Source: Rubrobacteraceae bacterium (GTDB lineage Bacteria; Actinomycetota; Rubrobacteria; Rubrobacterales; Rubrobacteraceae). From it: a stretch of 33,419 nucleotides of DNA. The position numbers and the translations under genes were made by a program. The stretch lies in the NCBI GenBank assembly GCA_050698295.1, contig JBOHBL010000057.1:1-33419 (forward strand), written 5' to 3'. This document shows positions 16,824 through 24,419 of this stretch, piece by piece (within the stretch, counting starts at the first letter, position 1; each line of letters starts with the position of its first letter). The notes under the pieces were generated by a model. The model was given only the letters and a program-made list of their open reading frames with translations. It ran no database searches and was not told the origin of the DNA.

Positions 16824-18011
16824 TCAGCGTCCTTTCAACAGCGGGAAGAGCTTTACCGAACCATTTGGTTCCGGCGGCTCGGGTTTTTGGGGTTCGGGTT
16901 TCGGGGGTTTGGAGGGGATGAGGAGCTTTCCCTTCGATTTTTGGGCGTCCGCGATGCCCGCCCCGTAGTGCGTTATGGCCGAGCCGTTCTTCCTCGCCCC
17001 GGAGAGAAGCCCCGCGAGCAGAGCGTCGCCCCTCTTGCCCGTCTCGGCCAAGAGGCCCGCGGCCGTCCACGCCACGTTCGGGGTGGCCTGCGAGGTCCCG
17101 GACATCCGGATTAAGGTGGCCCGCGCCGAATACGAAAGCACCGATACCCCCGAATGCGCGATGTCCACGTGCGCCCCGTGGCACGAAAACGAGGCCCGGC
17201 GGTCTGAGGCTCTGTCGAAGGCCCCGACCGCGATGGCCGAGCGGCATCCGCCGGGGAACCTCTTCGGGTTGCCCTTCTGGGCCTCGTTTCCGCTCGCGCA
17301 GAAGACGAGGACGCCTTTGTCCCTGGCGCGTCGGATCGCCTGCTCGTAAGCGGCCTCGTTGCCGGGACCCGAAAGCGACATGCTGATGATGTCGGCGCCG
17401 GAGTCCACGGCCCAATGGATGGCGGCTATCACACCCGACGTTCCGCCGGAGCCGTTGTTCGCAAGCACCGCGCCGTGCAAGAGTTTGGCCTTGTCCGGGA
17501 GCGCGGTGCAGGCGCAGTGCGAGCCGTGATCGTTATTCCCTCCGAGAGCCGAGCCCCCAACCCACGACTTATGCCCGACGATGTAGTTTCGGAGCATCCG
17601 GGCGGTGGCGGCCCCCAGCGCGGTGTCCAGCACGGCGACTTTGACGCCCGCGCCTTGCTTTCCAGCGGAGCTTCTCAGCCACGTCGAGCGGCCATAGTTC
17701 GTGTCCTCCGTGGGCGGGATGGCCGGGAAGTTCGCGACGCTCGCCACCTCGTCCATCAGCTCCGTGCCGCGCTCGACCCAGCCCTCCGCGACCGCCTCGG
17801 TCTCCTCCTCGATCTCGATGAGGTTGCTCGATCTCGCGTAGGCTTGCGCTCCCTCGTCGGTGAGGTCCACGCTTAGCTGGCGCATCTCCCCGATCTCGGC
17901 GTGGTGCATCTCGCGGGGATTTCGCTGGTAAGCGCGCGCCACGTCCCGCTCTTCGGGCGGAATGACCCGGCAAGAATAGATGTACGTCTTCGTGTTTTCG
18001 GTTTCAGCCAC
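16824..18011 (-). CDS. Subtilisin-like serine protease (peptidase S8) with I9-like propeptide and no signal peptide
   Basis: D/H/S triad motifs VAVLDTA, NDHGSHCA and MSGTSQATP. I prefer the GTG start at 18011 (VAETENTKTYIY..), because the purine-rich GGAGAGGAGGGAGGAGAAGGAG ends 7 nt upstream. The ORF is open up to ATG 18116, but those 35 codons are Arg-rich. The stop lies 1 nt from the start of the downstream hydrolase. Confidence 0.8.
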   Translation of the reverse strand: MAETENTKTYIYSCRVIPPEERDVARAYQRNPREMHHAEIGEMRQLSVDLTDEGAQAYARSSNLIEIEEETEAVAEGWVERGTELMDEVASVANFPAIPPTEDTNYGRSTWLRSSAGKQGAGVKVAVLDTALGAATARMLRNYIVGHKSWVGGSALGGNNDHGSHCACTALPDKAKLLHGAVLANNGSGGTSGVIAAIHWAVDSGADIISMSLSGPGNEAAYEQAIRRARDKGVLVFCASGNEAQKGNPKRFPGGCRSAIAVGAFDRASDRRASFSCHGAHVDIAHSGVSVLSYSARATLIRMSGTSQATPNVAWTAAGLLAETGKRGDALLAGLLSGARKNGSAITHYGAGIADAQKSKGKLLIPSKPPKPEPQKPEPPEPNGSVKLFPLLKGR

Positions 18012-18225
18012 CTCAAAGCTCCTTCTCCTCCCTCCTCTCCACTTTCCACGACCCACGAAGACCTCGATCTCCCCATACACCCTGCGCGGCATGCGCCGTC
18101 GGATTCGCCGGCGCATTTCGATGTGGCGCGACTACCTCGTACATGCTCTTTCCCGTTCGCGTTGACGCGATGCCAATGTGCTCCACTCCATACCTTTCGA
18201 TGCGCCGAGGTAGCCGCTTCTCGTA

Positions 18226-18255
18226 ATTTTGGTCGCCTTGCAACGGTATTGTCAA
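18226..18255 (-). promoter_or_regulatory. Candidate promoter of the protease-hydrolase operon
   Basis: On the minus strand: TTGACA (18255-18250), 18-nt spacer, CAAAAT (18231-18226). It lies just downstream of the sodA terminator. This is sequence inference only. Confidence 0.35.
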
Positions 18256-18271
18256 GTGCGGCCGACAACGC

Positions 18272-18341
18272 AAAGACCGCGCCCCCGATGAATTATTTCG
18301 GGGGCGCGGTCTTTTTAGCCATTAGCTTTTAGCTAATGGCT
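18272..18341 (-). terminator. sodA terminator region: two tandem perfect hairpins
   Basis: Hairpin 1: aaagaccgcgcccccg (18272-18287) / cgggggcgcggtcttt (18299-18314), 16 bp, flanked by A/T runs and potentially bidirectional. Hairpin 2: agccattagct / ttt / agctaatggct (18317-18341), made of TTAGCNN heptads. Confidence 0.7.
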
Positions 18342-18352
18342 TTGCGAATCGG

Positions 18353-18973
18353 CTACGAAGTGGCGGCCTGGTAGCGGTTTTCGGCTTCTTCCCAGTTCAC
18401 CACGTTCCACCACGCTTCGATGTACTCGGGACGGCGGTTCTGGTACTTGAGGTAGTAGGCGTGCTCCCACACGTCGAGCCCGATAACCGGGTTCTTGCCC
18501 TCCATCAGAGGAGAGTCCTGGTTGGGCGTCTTCTCTATGGAGAGAGAGCCGCTCGAATCGGCTATCAGCCACACCCAGCCGCTGCCGAACACCGAGCCCG
18601 GCGCTCCGACCGCGGCCCACTGCTCCTTGAACTCATCGAAGGAGCCGAAGTCCCGGTTTATCGCTTCGGCGAGCGAACCGGTGGGCTCTCCTCCGCCGTC
18701 GGGGGACATGATCCGCCAGAACATCGAGTGGTTTGCGTGACCTCCTCCGTTGTTGCGGACGGCGGTGCGGATGTCCTCGGGGACGGAGTCTATGTTGCGG
18801 AGGAGGTCTTCGACGTCGCCGGGGTCTGAGTCGGGGTGCTTTTCCACGGCTCCATTGAGGTTTGTCACGTAGGTGTTGTGGTGCTTGCCGTGGTGGAGGT
18901 TCATGGTCTGCTCGTCGATGGTCGGTTCGAGAGCGCTCGGCTCGTAGGGAAGCGGCGGTAGTTCGTAGGCCAC
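18353..18973 (-). CDS. sodA: Mn/Fe superoxide dismutase
   Basis: [50 protein letters not shown] are canonical Fe/Mn-SOD motifs. The start codon is GTG (18973), preceded by GGAGAAGGAAAA. Confidence 0.95.
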   Translation of the reverse strand: MAYELPPLPYEPSALEPTIDEQTMNLHHGKHHNTYVTNLNGAVEKHPDSDPGDVEDLLRNIDSVPEDIRTAVRNNGGGHANHSMFWRIMSPDGGGEPTGSLAEAINRDFGSFDEFKEQWAAVGAPGSVFGSGWVWLIADSSGSLSIEKTPNQDSPLMEGKNPVIGLDVWEHAYYLKYQNRRPEYIEAWWNVVNWEEAENRYQAATS

Positions 18974-19042
18974 TTTTCCTTCTCCTTTCCTGACGTAATT
19001 TACTCTACCGGGAGTATCATATACCCTGAAATCCCGCGTTTC

Positions 19043-20596
19043 TCACTTCTCGCGCATGTCCGCCAGCGCCTCAATCGCGCAGTTGCGCCCCGGCGCGCCG
19101 AAGACCGCGCCGCCCGGCCACGTTCCGGCCCCGCACAGGTAGAGGTTTCGGATCCGGGTTTCGTAACCTTTGAAGCCTGGGGCGGGGCGACCTCCGAACA
19201 TCCTCTCCGGTGTCATCTCGCCGTGGAAGATGTTGCCGCCCGTTATGCCGATCCTCGCCTCTATGTCCGGCGGTCCCAGAACTTCGATGTGTTCGATGGC
19301 GTCCGGCAAATTCGGGGCATACTCCGCGAAAGTGGCGATGATGCGGTTCCCGATCTCCTCGCGCCTCGATCCCCAACTCCCCTCCGCGAGCCGGTACGGA
19401 GCGTACTGGCAAAACAGGCTCATCGTATGTTTGCCTTTCGGCGCAAGCCCATCTTCCGTCGCGCTCTGAATGTACGCTTCCATGAATGGTTTTTCCGAGG
19501 GGCGGCCTTCTTTGCAATCCTCCCACGCCCGCTGCAAATAGTCGATGGAGGGGTTGATGACGATGGCGCCGGTGTGCTGAGGCCCGACCTCTTTCCCCGG
19601 CAGCGCGGCGAAGTCCGGCAACTCTCCGAGAGCCAGAAGCACCTTGACGACGGAGCCCTCGACGGGAGCTTTCTTCACGCCTTCGACGAGGTCGTTCGGC
19701 AAATGCCTTTCGCCTACCATGCCGAGTAAGGCGCGTTGCGGGTCGGCGTTGGAGAGGATGGCGTCCGCTGTGAAGGAGCGCCCGTCGCGGAGGGTGACGG
19801 CGCGGGCTTCGCCGTCTTCGACCTCGATCCGCTCCACCTCCGCATCCGTGACTATTTCGACCCCACGCTCCCTCGCCGCCGAAGCGATGCTTTCGGCGAC
19901 CGCGCCCATCCCGCCCCGGACGTAGCCCCACGCGCCCTGATGGCCTTCGATGTTGCCGAGGATGTGGTGGAATTTTATGTAGGCCGTTCCGGGGTCGCGG
20001 GGACCCGCGCTCGTCCCGATCACACCCCCGACCGAGAGCGGGGCCTTCACTTCCTCCGACTCGAAGAACTCATCCAGTAGCTCCGCAACGCTCGCCTGAG
20101 TGAGTCGCTTCCAATCTTCATCACCCTCCGGCCCGTCGAAAGCGGCTTCGAGTTCGTCTTCGGCGGGAGCTTGTCGTTTTATCAGCGGACGCATCCGGGC
20201 GATGATGCGGTCCCACATCTCCCAGTAGGCGTCGTGGTTCTTTGCGTCCTTCTTCGAGAACTTCCGGATCTCCGCTTTCGTCTTCTCGCCGTCGAGGTGG
20301 GATATGAGGCACCGTCCATTAGGGAACGGGGTGAAATACTGCGGATCGAGGGGACGCACGTCGTAACCGTGGCGCGGGAGCTCGAGGTCCCGGATCACCT
20401 CCCCCAACAGCAGGCTGCACACGTACGAGCAGGTCGAGAGCCTGTATCCGGGCCACATTTCTTCCGTCACCGTCGCCCCGCCGATGACCTCGCGCCGCTC
20501 CAGAACGAGGACCTTCTTCCCGGCCTTCGCCAGATACGCCGCCGAAATGAGCCCGTTGTGTCCCGCTCCGACCACGATGGCGTCGTATCTTCTCAT
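19043..20596 (-). CDS. FAD-dependent oxidoreductase, phytoene-desaturase (CrtI)/COG1233, PYROXD2-like family
   Basis: Part of ORF 19043..21040. The real start is ATG 20596 (MRRYDAIVVGAGHNGLISAAYLAKAGKKVLVLERREVIGG, a dinucleotide-binding fold). This ATG overlaps the stop of the upstream GNAT gene (ATGA). The ORF extension upstream is in the GNAT shadow frame. Confidence 0.8.
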   Translation of the reverse strand: MRRYDAIVVGAGHNGLISAAYLAKAGKKVLVLERREVIGGATVTEEMWPGYRLSTCSYVCSLLLGEVIRDLELPRHGYDVRPLDPQYFTPFPNGRCLISHLDGEKTKAEIRKFSKKDAKNHDAYWEMWDRIIARMRPLIKRQAPAEDELEAAFDGPEGDEDWKRLTQASVAELLDEFFESEEVKAPLSVGGVIGTSAGPRDPGTAYIKFHHILGNIEGHQGAWGYVRGGMGAVAESIASAARERGVEIVTDAEVERIEVEDGEARAVTLRDGRSFTADAILSNADPQRALLGMVGERHLPNDLVEGVKKAPVEGSVVKVLLALGELPDFAALPGKEVGPQHTGAIVINPSIDYLQRAWEDCKEGRPSEKPFMEAYIQSATEDGLAPKGKHTMSLFCQYAPYRLAEGSWGSRREEIGNRIIATFAEYAPNLPDAIEHIEVLGPPDIEARIGITGGNIFHGEMTPERMFGGRPAPGFKGYETRIRNLYLCGAGTWPGGAVFGAPGRNCAIEALADMREK

Positions 20597-21342
20597 TCGC
20601 CGAAGAACTCCTTTCGCGGCAGCTTCATCAAGTGAGCCGGCGCGGATTCTCCGGGGACGTGTATCGTCTTGAAATAGCGGAACCCCGCTTTCTCGTAGGC
20701 CCGAATCGCCGCCCTGTTCTCCGGCTCCGGGTCGATCACGCAGACCTCGATGCTCTCGTCGGCGAAGACTACCTCTTCGAGAAAACGCCGGATGATCAAT
20801 GCTCCGAGTCCGCGATACAGAAATTCCTCCTCCCCGATGAACAGGTCCACCCCGGCGGAGTCCTCGATGCCGATGAGCCTGTTGCACTCCTCGTCGTCGG
20901 AGACGCGGTACGTCTGGATGTAGCCGATGGGAAGTTCTCCGTGGAGGATGAGAAAAGGTTCCACCGGCTCTTTCCCTTCGATATACGCGGCGTACCTCTT
21001 TTCGACCTCCTCGTAAGGACCGACGTCGTCGTACCACCACCGGGCGACATGCGGGGTGTGCAGCCAGTGGTGCGCAAGGGGGATGTGCGCCCGCCTCATG
21101 CGCTCGAAGCCGATCTTCGACGAGTCCGGATTCCGGGCCTGATGCCGGATCTCTTCTCTACGCTTCTCCACAAGACGGTCGTGTTCCCGTTGCTCTGCGA
21201 AGGTATCTCCACGGGAGATCACACCGAGCCTGTCGAGCAACTCCATCCCTTCTTCGTCTTCGGGAGTTTCGGGGGCAAGCTCGACGAACTCGACCTCTTC
21301 GCCGTCCCGGACCCTGCGACCTCTGAGCGTCTCGCGTTTCAT
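20593..21342 (-). CDS. GNAT N-acetyltransferase, AAC(6')-Ib-like, with ~75-aa charged N-terminal extension
   Basis: ..HHWLHTPHVARWWYDD..PFLILHGELPIGYIQTYRV..GVDLFIGEEEFLYRGLGALIIRRFLE..VIDPEPENRAAIRAYEKAGF.. is co-linear with the AAC(6')-Ib-type GNAT fold. Start is ATG 21342 or GTG 21345. Confidence 0.75.
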   Translation of the reverse strand: MKRETLRGRRVRDGEEVEFVELAPETPEDEEGMELLDRLGVISRGDTFAEQREHDRLVEKRREEIRHQARNPDSSKIGFERMRRAHIPLAHHWLHTPHVARWWYDDVGPYEEVEKRYAAYIEGKEPVEPFLILHGELPIGYIQTYRVSDDEECNRLIGIEDSAGVDLFIGEEEFLYRGLGALIIRRFLEEVVFADESIEVCVIDPEPENRAAIRAYEKAGFRYFKTIHVPGESAPAHLMKLPRKEFFGE

Positions 21343-21360
21343 CACGGGCGACTCTCTTCA

Positions 21361-22779
21361 TCAATCGCCATACGGATACCACCACTCTTTCTTCTCGACT
21401 CTCGGGTCTATGTGGACGTGCTTGGACTCCTGAAACGCTTCGAGCCCTTCGCGTCCGAGTTCGCGCCCGACGCCGCTCCCTTTCTGACCGCCGAAGGGAG
21501 CGGCGTCGTTGTCGGTGAGGGGGTCGTTGATCCAAACCGTCCCCGCCCGTATCTCCCTCATGCACCTCAGCATGTTCCCGAAGTCTTCGGTGTACACGTT
21601 CGCCCCAAGCCCGTACGGCACGGAGTTCGCATACTCGATGGCCTGGTCCAGACTGCCCACTTCGACGACAGGGACGACGGGACCGAAGGTCTCCTCGCTC
21701 ATCACGCTCATGGAGGACTCCACGCCGGTGAGAATGGTCGGCTCGTAGAAATAGCCCCGCTCTCCCCACCGCTCGCCTCCGACTATGACCTTCGCGCCTC
21801 TGTCCTTCGCCTCGCCGACGTGGCGCTCGACCTTCTCGCGTCCCTTCGCGTTGATCATGGGCCCGATGTCCGTGGTTTTGTCCATCGGATCGCCGATGTT
21901 GAGCGACTCCACGTAGCTCTTCGACGCCTCGATGAAATCGTCGGCGACGTTTTCCATAACGTAAAACCGCTCGGAGGAGGTGCAGACCTGACCGGCGTTG
22001 AGACATGCCGCCCAGACCGCTCCCTGTGCCGCGACCTCGATGTCCGCCACGTCGTCGCAGATGATGAACGGGTCCTTGCCGCCGAGCTCGAGGTTCGCCC
22101 GGATGAGACGTTCGGCGGCTATGGTCCCGACCTTCCTCCCCGTATCCTGGCTGCCGGTGAAGGCGACCATGTCCACCTCTGGGTGGCGGACGAGCATCTC
22201 TCCGACATCGCCCGCGCCGTGGACGATTTGGAGCAAGCCGTCCGGCAGACCTTCGATCAGGTCGACCATCCGCCGCGTCGCGAGCGGGGTTTCTTCGGAA
22301 GGTTTCAGAAGGACCGCGTTCCCGGCGGCGAGCGCCGGGGCGACTTTCCACGCCGCCAGAAGGAGCGGGTAGTTCCACGGCACGATGCACGCTACGGTCC
22401 CGATGGGCTCTTTTATGACGAGCGCGAGTTGCTGGGTCTCGATGGGAGCGGGCAGGTAGCCGACGGAATCGCGGGCGATCTCGGCGTAGTAGTCGAAGCA
22501 GGCCGCCGTCCAGTCCACCTCGTCGCGGTTCTCGATGAACGGTTTGCCGCCCTCTTTGGTCATGATCTCCGCGAGTTCGTCGCCGCGGCCGCGGAGGTCG
22601 CGGGCGAGGTCGTGGAACAGCTCCGCTCTCTCAAGCCCGGAGACGCCGCGCCATTCACGGAAAGCTTCTTTCGCCTTTTGCGTCGCGCGGTTCAGTTCCT
22701 CGCGGCTCGTGACGGGGACTTCGGCGAAAGCCTCGCCGGTGGACGGGTCGAAGACCCGCAGTGAATCGCCTCCGGGCAT
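21361..22779 (-). CDS. NAD(P)+-dependent aldehyde dehydrogenase
   Basis: ALDH motifs: VPWNYPLL, FTGSQDTGRKV, catalytic Glu in LELGGKDP, catalytic Cys in NAGQVCTSSER, and EETFGPV. AGGAG lies before ATG 22779, 12 nt after the gabD stop. Confidence 0.9.
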   Translation of the reverse strand: MPGGDSLRVFDPSTGEAFAEVPVTSREELNRATQKAKEAFREWRGVSGLERAELFHDLARDLRGRGDELAEIMTKEGGKPFIENRDEVDWTAACFDYYAEIARDSVGYLPAPIETQQLALVIKEPIGTVACIVPWNYPLLLAAWKVAPALAAGNAVLLKPSEETPLATRRMVDLIEGLPDGLLQIVHGAGDVGEMLVRHPEVDMVAFTGSQDTGRKVGTIAAERLIRANLELGGKDPFIICDDVADIEVAAQGAVWAACLNAGQVCTSSERFYVMENVADDFIEASKSYVESLNIGDPMDKTTDIGPMINAKGREKVERHVGEAKDRGAKVIVGGERWGERGYFYEPTILTGVESSMSVMSEETFGPVVPVVEVGSLDQAIEYANSVPYGLGANVYTEDFGNMLRCMREIRAGTVWINDPLTDNDAAPFGGQKGSGVGRELGREGLEAFQESKHVHIDPRVEKKEWWYPYGD

Positions 22780-22791
22780 GTTCGTCTCCTT

Positions 22792-24258
22792 TTACAGGTT
22801 GATCGCCACGTACTTCGTCTCCAGAAACTCCTCGATGCCTTCCGCTCCGCCTTCGCGCCCGAACCCGGAGTGCTTTATGCCTCCAAACGGCGCGCTCGCA
22901 TTGGAGACCATGCCCTGGTTCAGCCCGACCATCCCGGTTTCGAGCCCTTCGCACACTCGAAGCGCGCGCTTGAGGTTGCTGGTGTAGACGTAGGCGACGA
23001 GGCCGTACTCGGTGTCGTTGGCGGCGGCGACGGCGTCTTCTTCGGAGTCGAAGGAGGCGACCGGAGCGACGGGACCGAAGATTTCCTCTTTGAGGAGGTT
23101 CGAGTCGGGGGAGACGTCGCCCAGCACCGTGGGCTGATAAAAGTATCCCGCTCCATCGACCTTTCCTCCTCCGACGAGGGCCGCCGCGCCTTTGCCGAGG
23201 GCGTCCTCGACGAGGTCGGAGACTTTGGAGCGTTGATCGTCGTCGATGAGGGGGCCGACCTGCACGTCCTCTTCGGTGCCGCGCCCGACCTTCATCTGCC
23301 CCATTTTGGCGGCGAGTTTTTCGGCGAACTCGTCGGCGACGGAGCCTGAGACGTGGAAGCGGTTCGCGGCGGTGCAGGCTTCGCCGATGTTCCGCATCTT
23401 GGCGACTATGGCGCCTTCGACGGCGGCGTCCACGTCGGCGTCGTCGAAAACTAGGAACGGGGCGTTGCCGCCGAGTTCCATCGAGACGCGCAGTATCTGC
23501 TCCGCCGACTGCTCGACGAGCTTGCGTCCCACCTCCGTCGAGCCGGTAAAGGAGAGCTTGCGGGCTCTCGGGTCGGAGATCAAGGGCGACATCACCGACC
23601 CCGACGACGAACTCGTCACGATGTTGAGGACGCCGCCAGGGAGTCCGGACTCTTCGAGGATCTGGGCGAGGGCGAGCATGCACAGCGGGGTTTGCTGGGC
23701 GGGCTTGACGACCATCGCGCAGCCCGCCGCCACCGCCGGCCCTATCTTCCTCGTTCCCATCGCCATCGGGAAGTTCCACGGCGTGATGAGGATGCACGGC
23801 CCCACCGGCTGCTTCATCGTGAGCATGCGTCCCGCGCCGGCGGGCGGTACGGCGTAGCGGCCTTCGATCCTCACGGCCTCCTCGGAGAACCAGCGGAAGA
23901 ACTCGGCGGCGTAAGCTATCTCCGCCTTCGACTCCGCGACGGTCTTTCCCATCTCCAGCGTCATGAGGAGGGCGAGTTCGTCGGTCCTCTCGACGATCTT
24001 CTCGAAGGCGCGGCGCAGTATTTCTCCCCGCTCCCGAGGCGGGTGGTTCTTCCATTCCTTCTGCGTCTCGTGCGCCGCGTCGAGGGCGGCCATCGCGTCA
24101 TCCGGAGTTCCGTCGGCGACTTCGCAGAGCGCCTCTCCGGTGGAGGGGTCTTCGACGGCGAGTTTCCCGTTTCCGGTAGCGTCGCGCCACTCGCCGCCGA
24201 TGAAGAGCCGCTTGTTCACGCGGTCGAGGACCTGCTGTTCGGAGGTCGCTGTGGTCAT
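22792..24258 (-). CDS. gabD: Succinate-semialdehyde dehydrogenase
   Basis: ..LFIGGEWRDATGNGKLAVEDPSTGEALCEVADGTPDDAMAALDAAHETQKEW.., ITPWNFP, MELGGNAP, GEACTAANR and the ..GGIKHSGFGREG.. ending match GabD-type ALDHs. Confidence 0.85.
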   Translation of the reverse strand: MTTATSEQQVLDRVNKRLFIGGEWRDATGNGKLAVEDPSTGEALCEVADGTPDDAMAALDAAHETQKEWKNHPPRERGEILRRAFEKIVERTDELALLMTLEMGKTVAESKAEIAYAAEFFRWFSEEAVRIEGRYAVPPAGAGRMLTMKQPVGPCILITPWNFPMAMGTRKIGPAVAAGCAMVVKPAQQTPLCMLALAQILEESGLPGGVLNIVTSSSSGSVMSPLISDPRARKLSFTGSTEVGRKLVEQSAEQILRVSMELGGNAPFLVFDDADVDAAVEGAIVAKMRNIGEACTAANRFHVSGSVADEFAEKLAAKMGQMKVGRGTEEDVQVGPLIDDDQRSKVSDLVEDALGKGAAALVGGGKVDGAGYFYQPTVLGDVSPDSNLLKEEIFGPVAPVASFDSEEDAVAAANDTEYGLVAYVYTSNLKRALRVCEGLETGMVGLNQGMVSNASAPFGGIKHSGFGREGGAEGIEEFLETKYVAINL

Positions 24259-24319
24259 GGAGCGCTCCTTTCCTGTTCGTCTCGCTCGGGCTCACGAACA
24301 GTCTACCCATTCTGAGCTA

Positions 24320-24347
24320 TTGGCAATTAGCGGTTAGCCATTAGCAT
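24320..24347 (+). repeat. Heptad array ttggcaa ttagcgg ttagcca ttagcat (inverted copy of 14789..14816)
   Basis: Read directly. It lies 3 nt from the palindrome at 24351..24378. Confidence 0.8.
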
Positions 24348-24350
24348 AAA

Positions 24351-24378
24351 GTGGAGACGTAGCATGCTACGTCTCTAC
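24351..24378. repeat. 28-bp palindrome gtggagacgtagcatgctacgtctctac (copy 2)
   Basis: Same core as 14628..14655 with one substitution, which would be a G-U pair in RNA. Confidence 0.85.
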
Positions 24379-24419
24379 AATGACAACGCGGAAACCGGCT
24401 CGCCGAAAACCGCTTGAGA

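Noticed and set aside
18012-18116. ATG 18116 as the start of the S8 protease
   Set aside because: The added 35 residues (MRRRIRRRMPRR..GRRRSFE) are Arg-rich. Their DNA contains the strongest SD-like block in the window, placed 7 nt before GTG 18011. I cannot exclude the longer form without experimental data.
18012-18260. c-di-AMP (ydaO-type) riboswitch upstream of the wall-hydrolase operon
   Set aside because: I looked for the conserved ydaO blocks (GGGGACCCA, CCGCCCGAA, CAGCUAACCUCGUAAGCG). I found only a loose resemblance (gctacctcg / cgaggtag), which instead forms a simple long-range stem. It is reported only as an unclassified structured leader.
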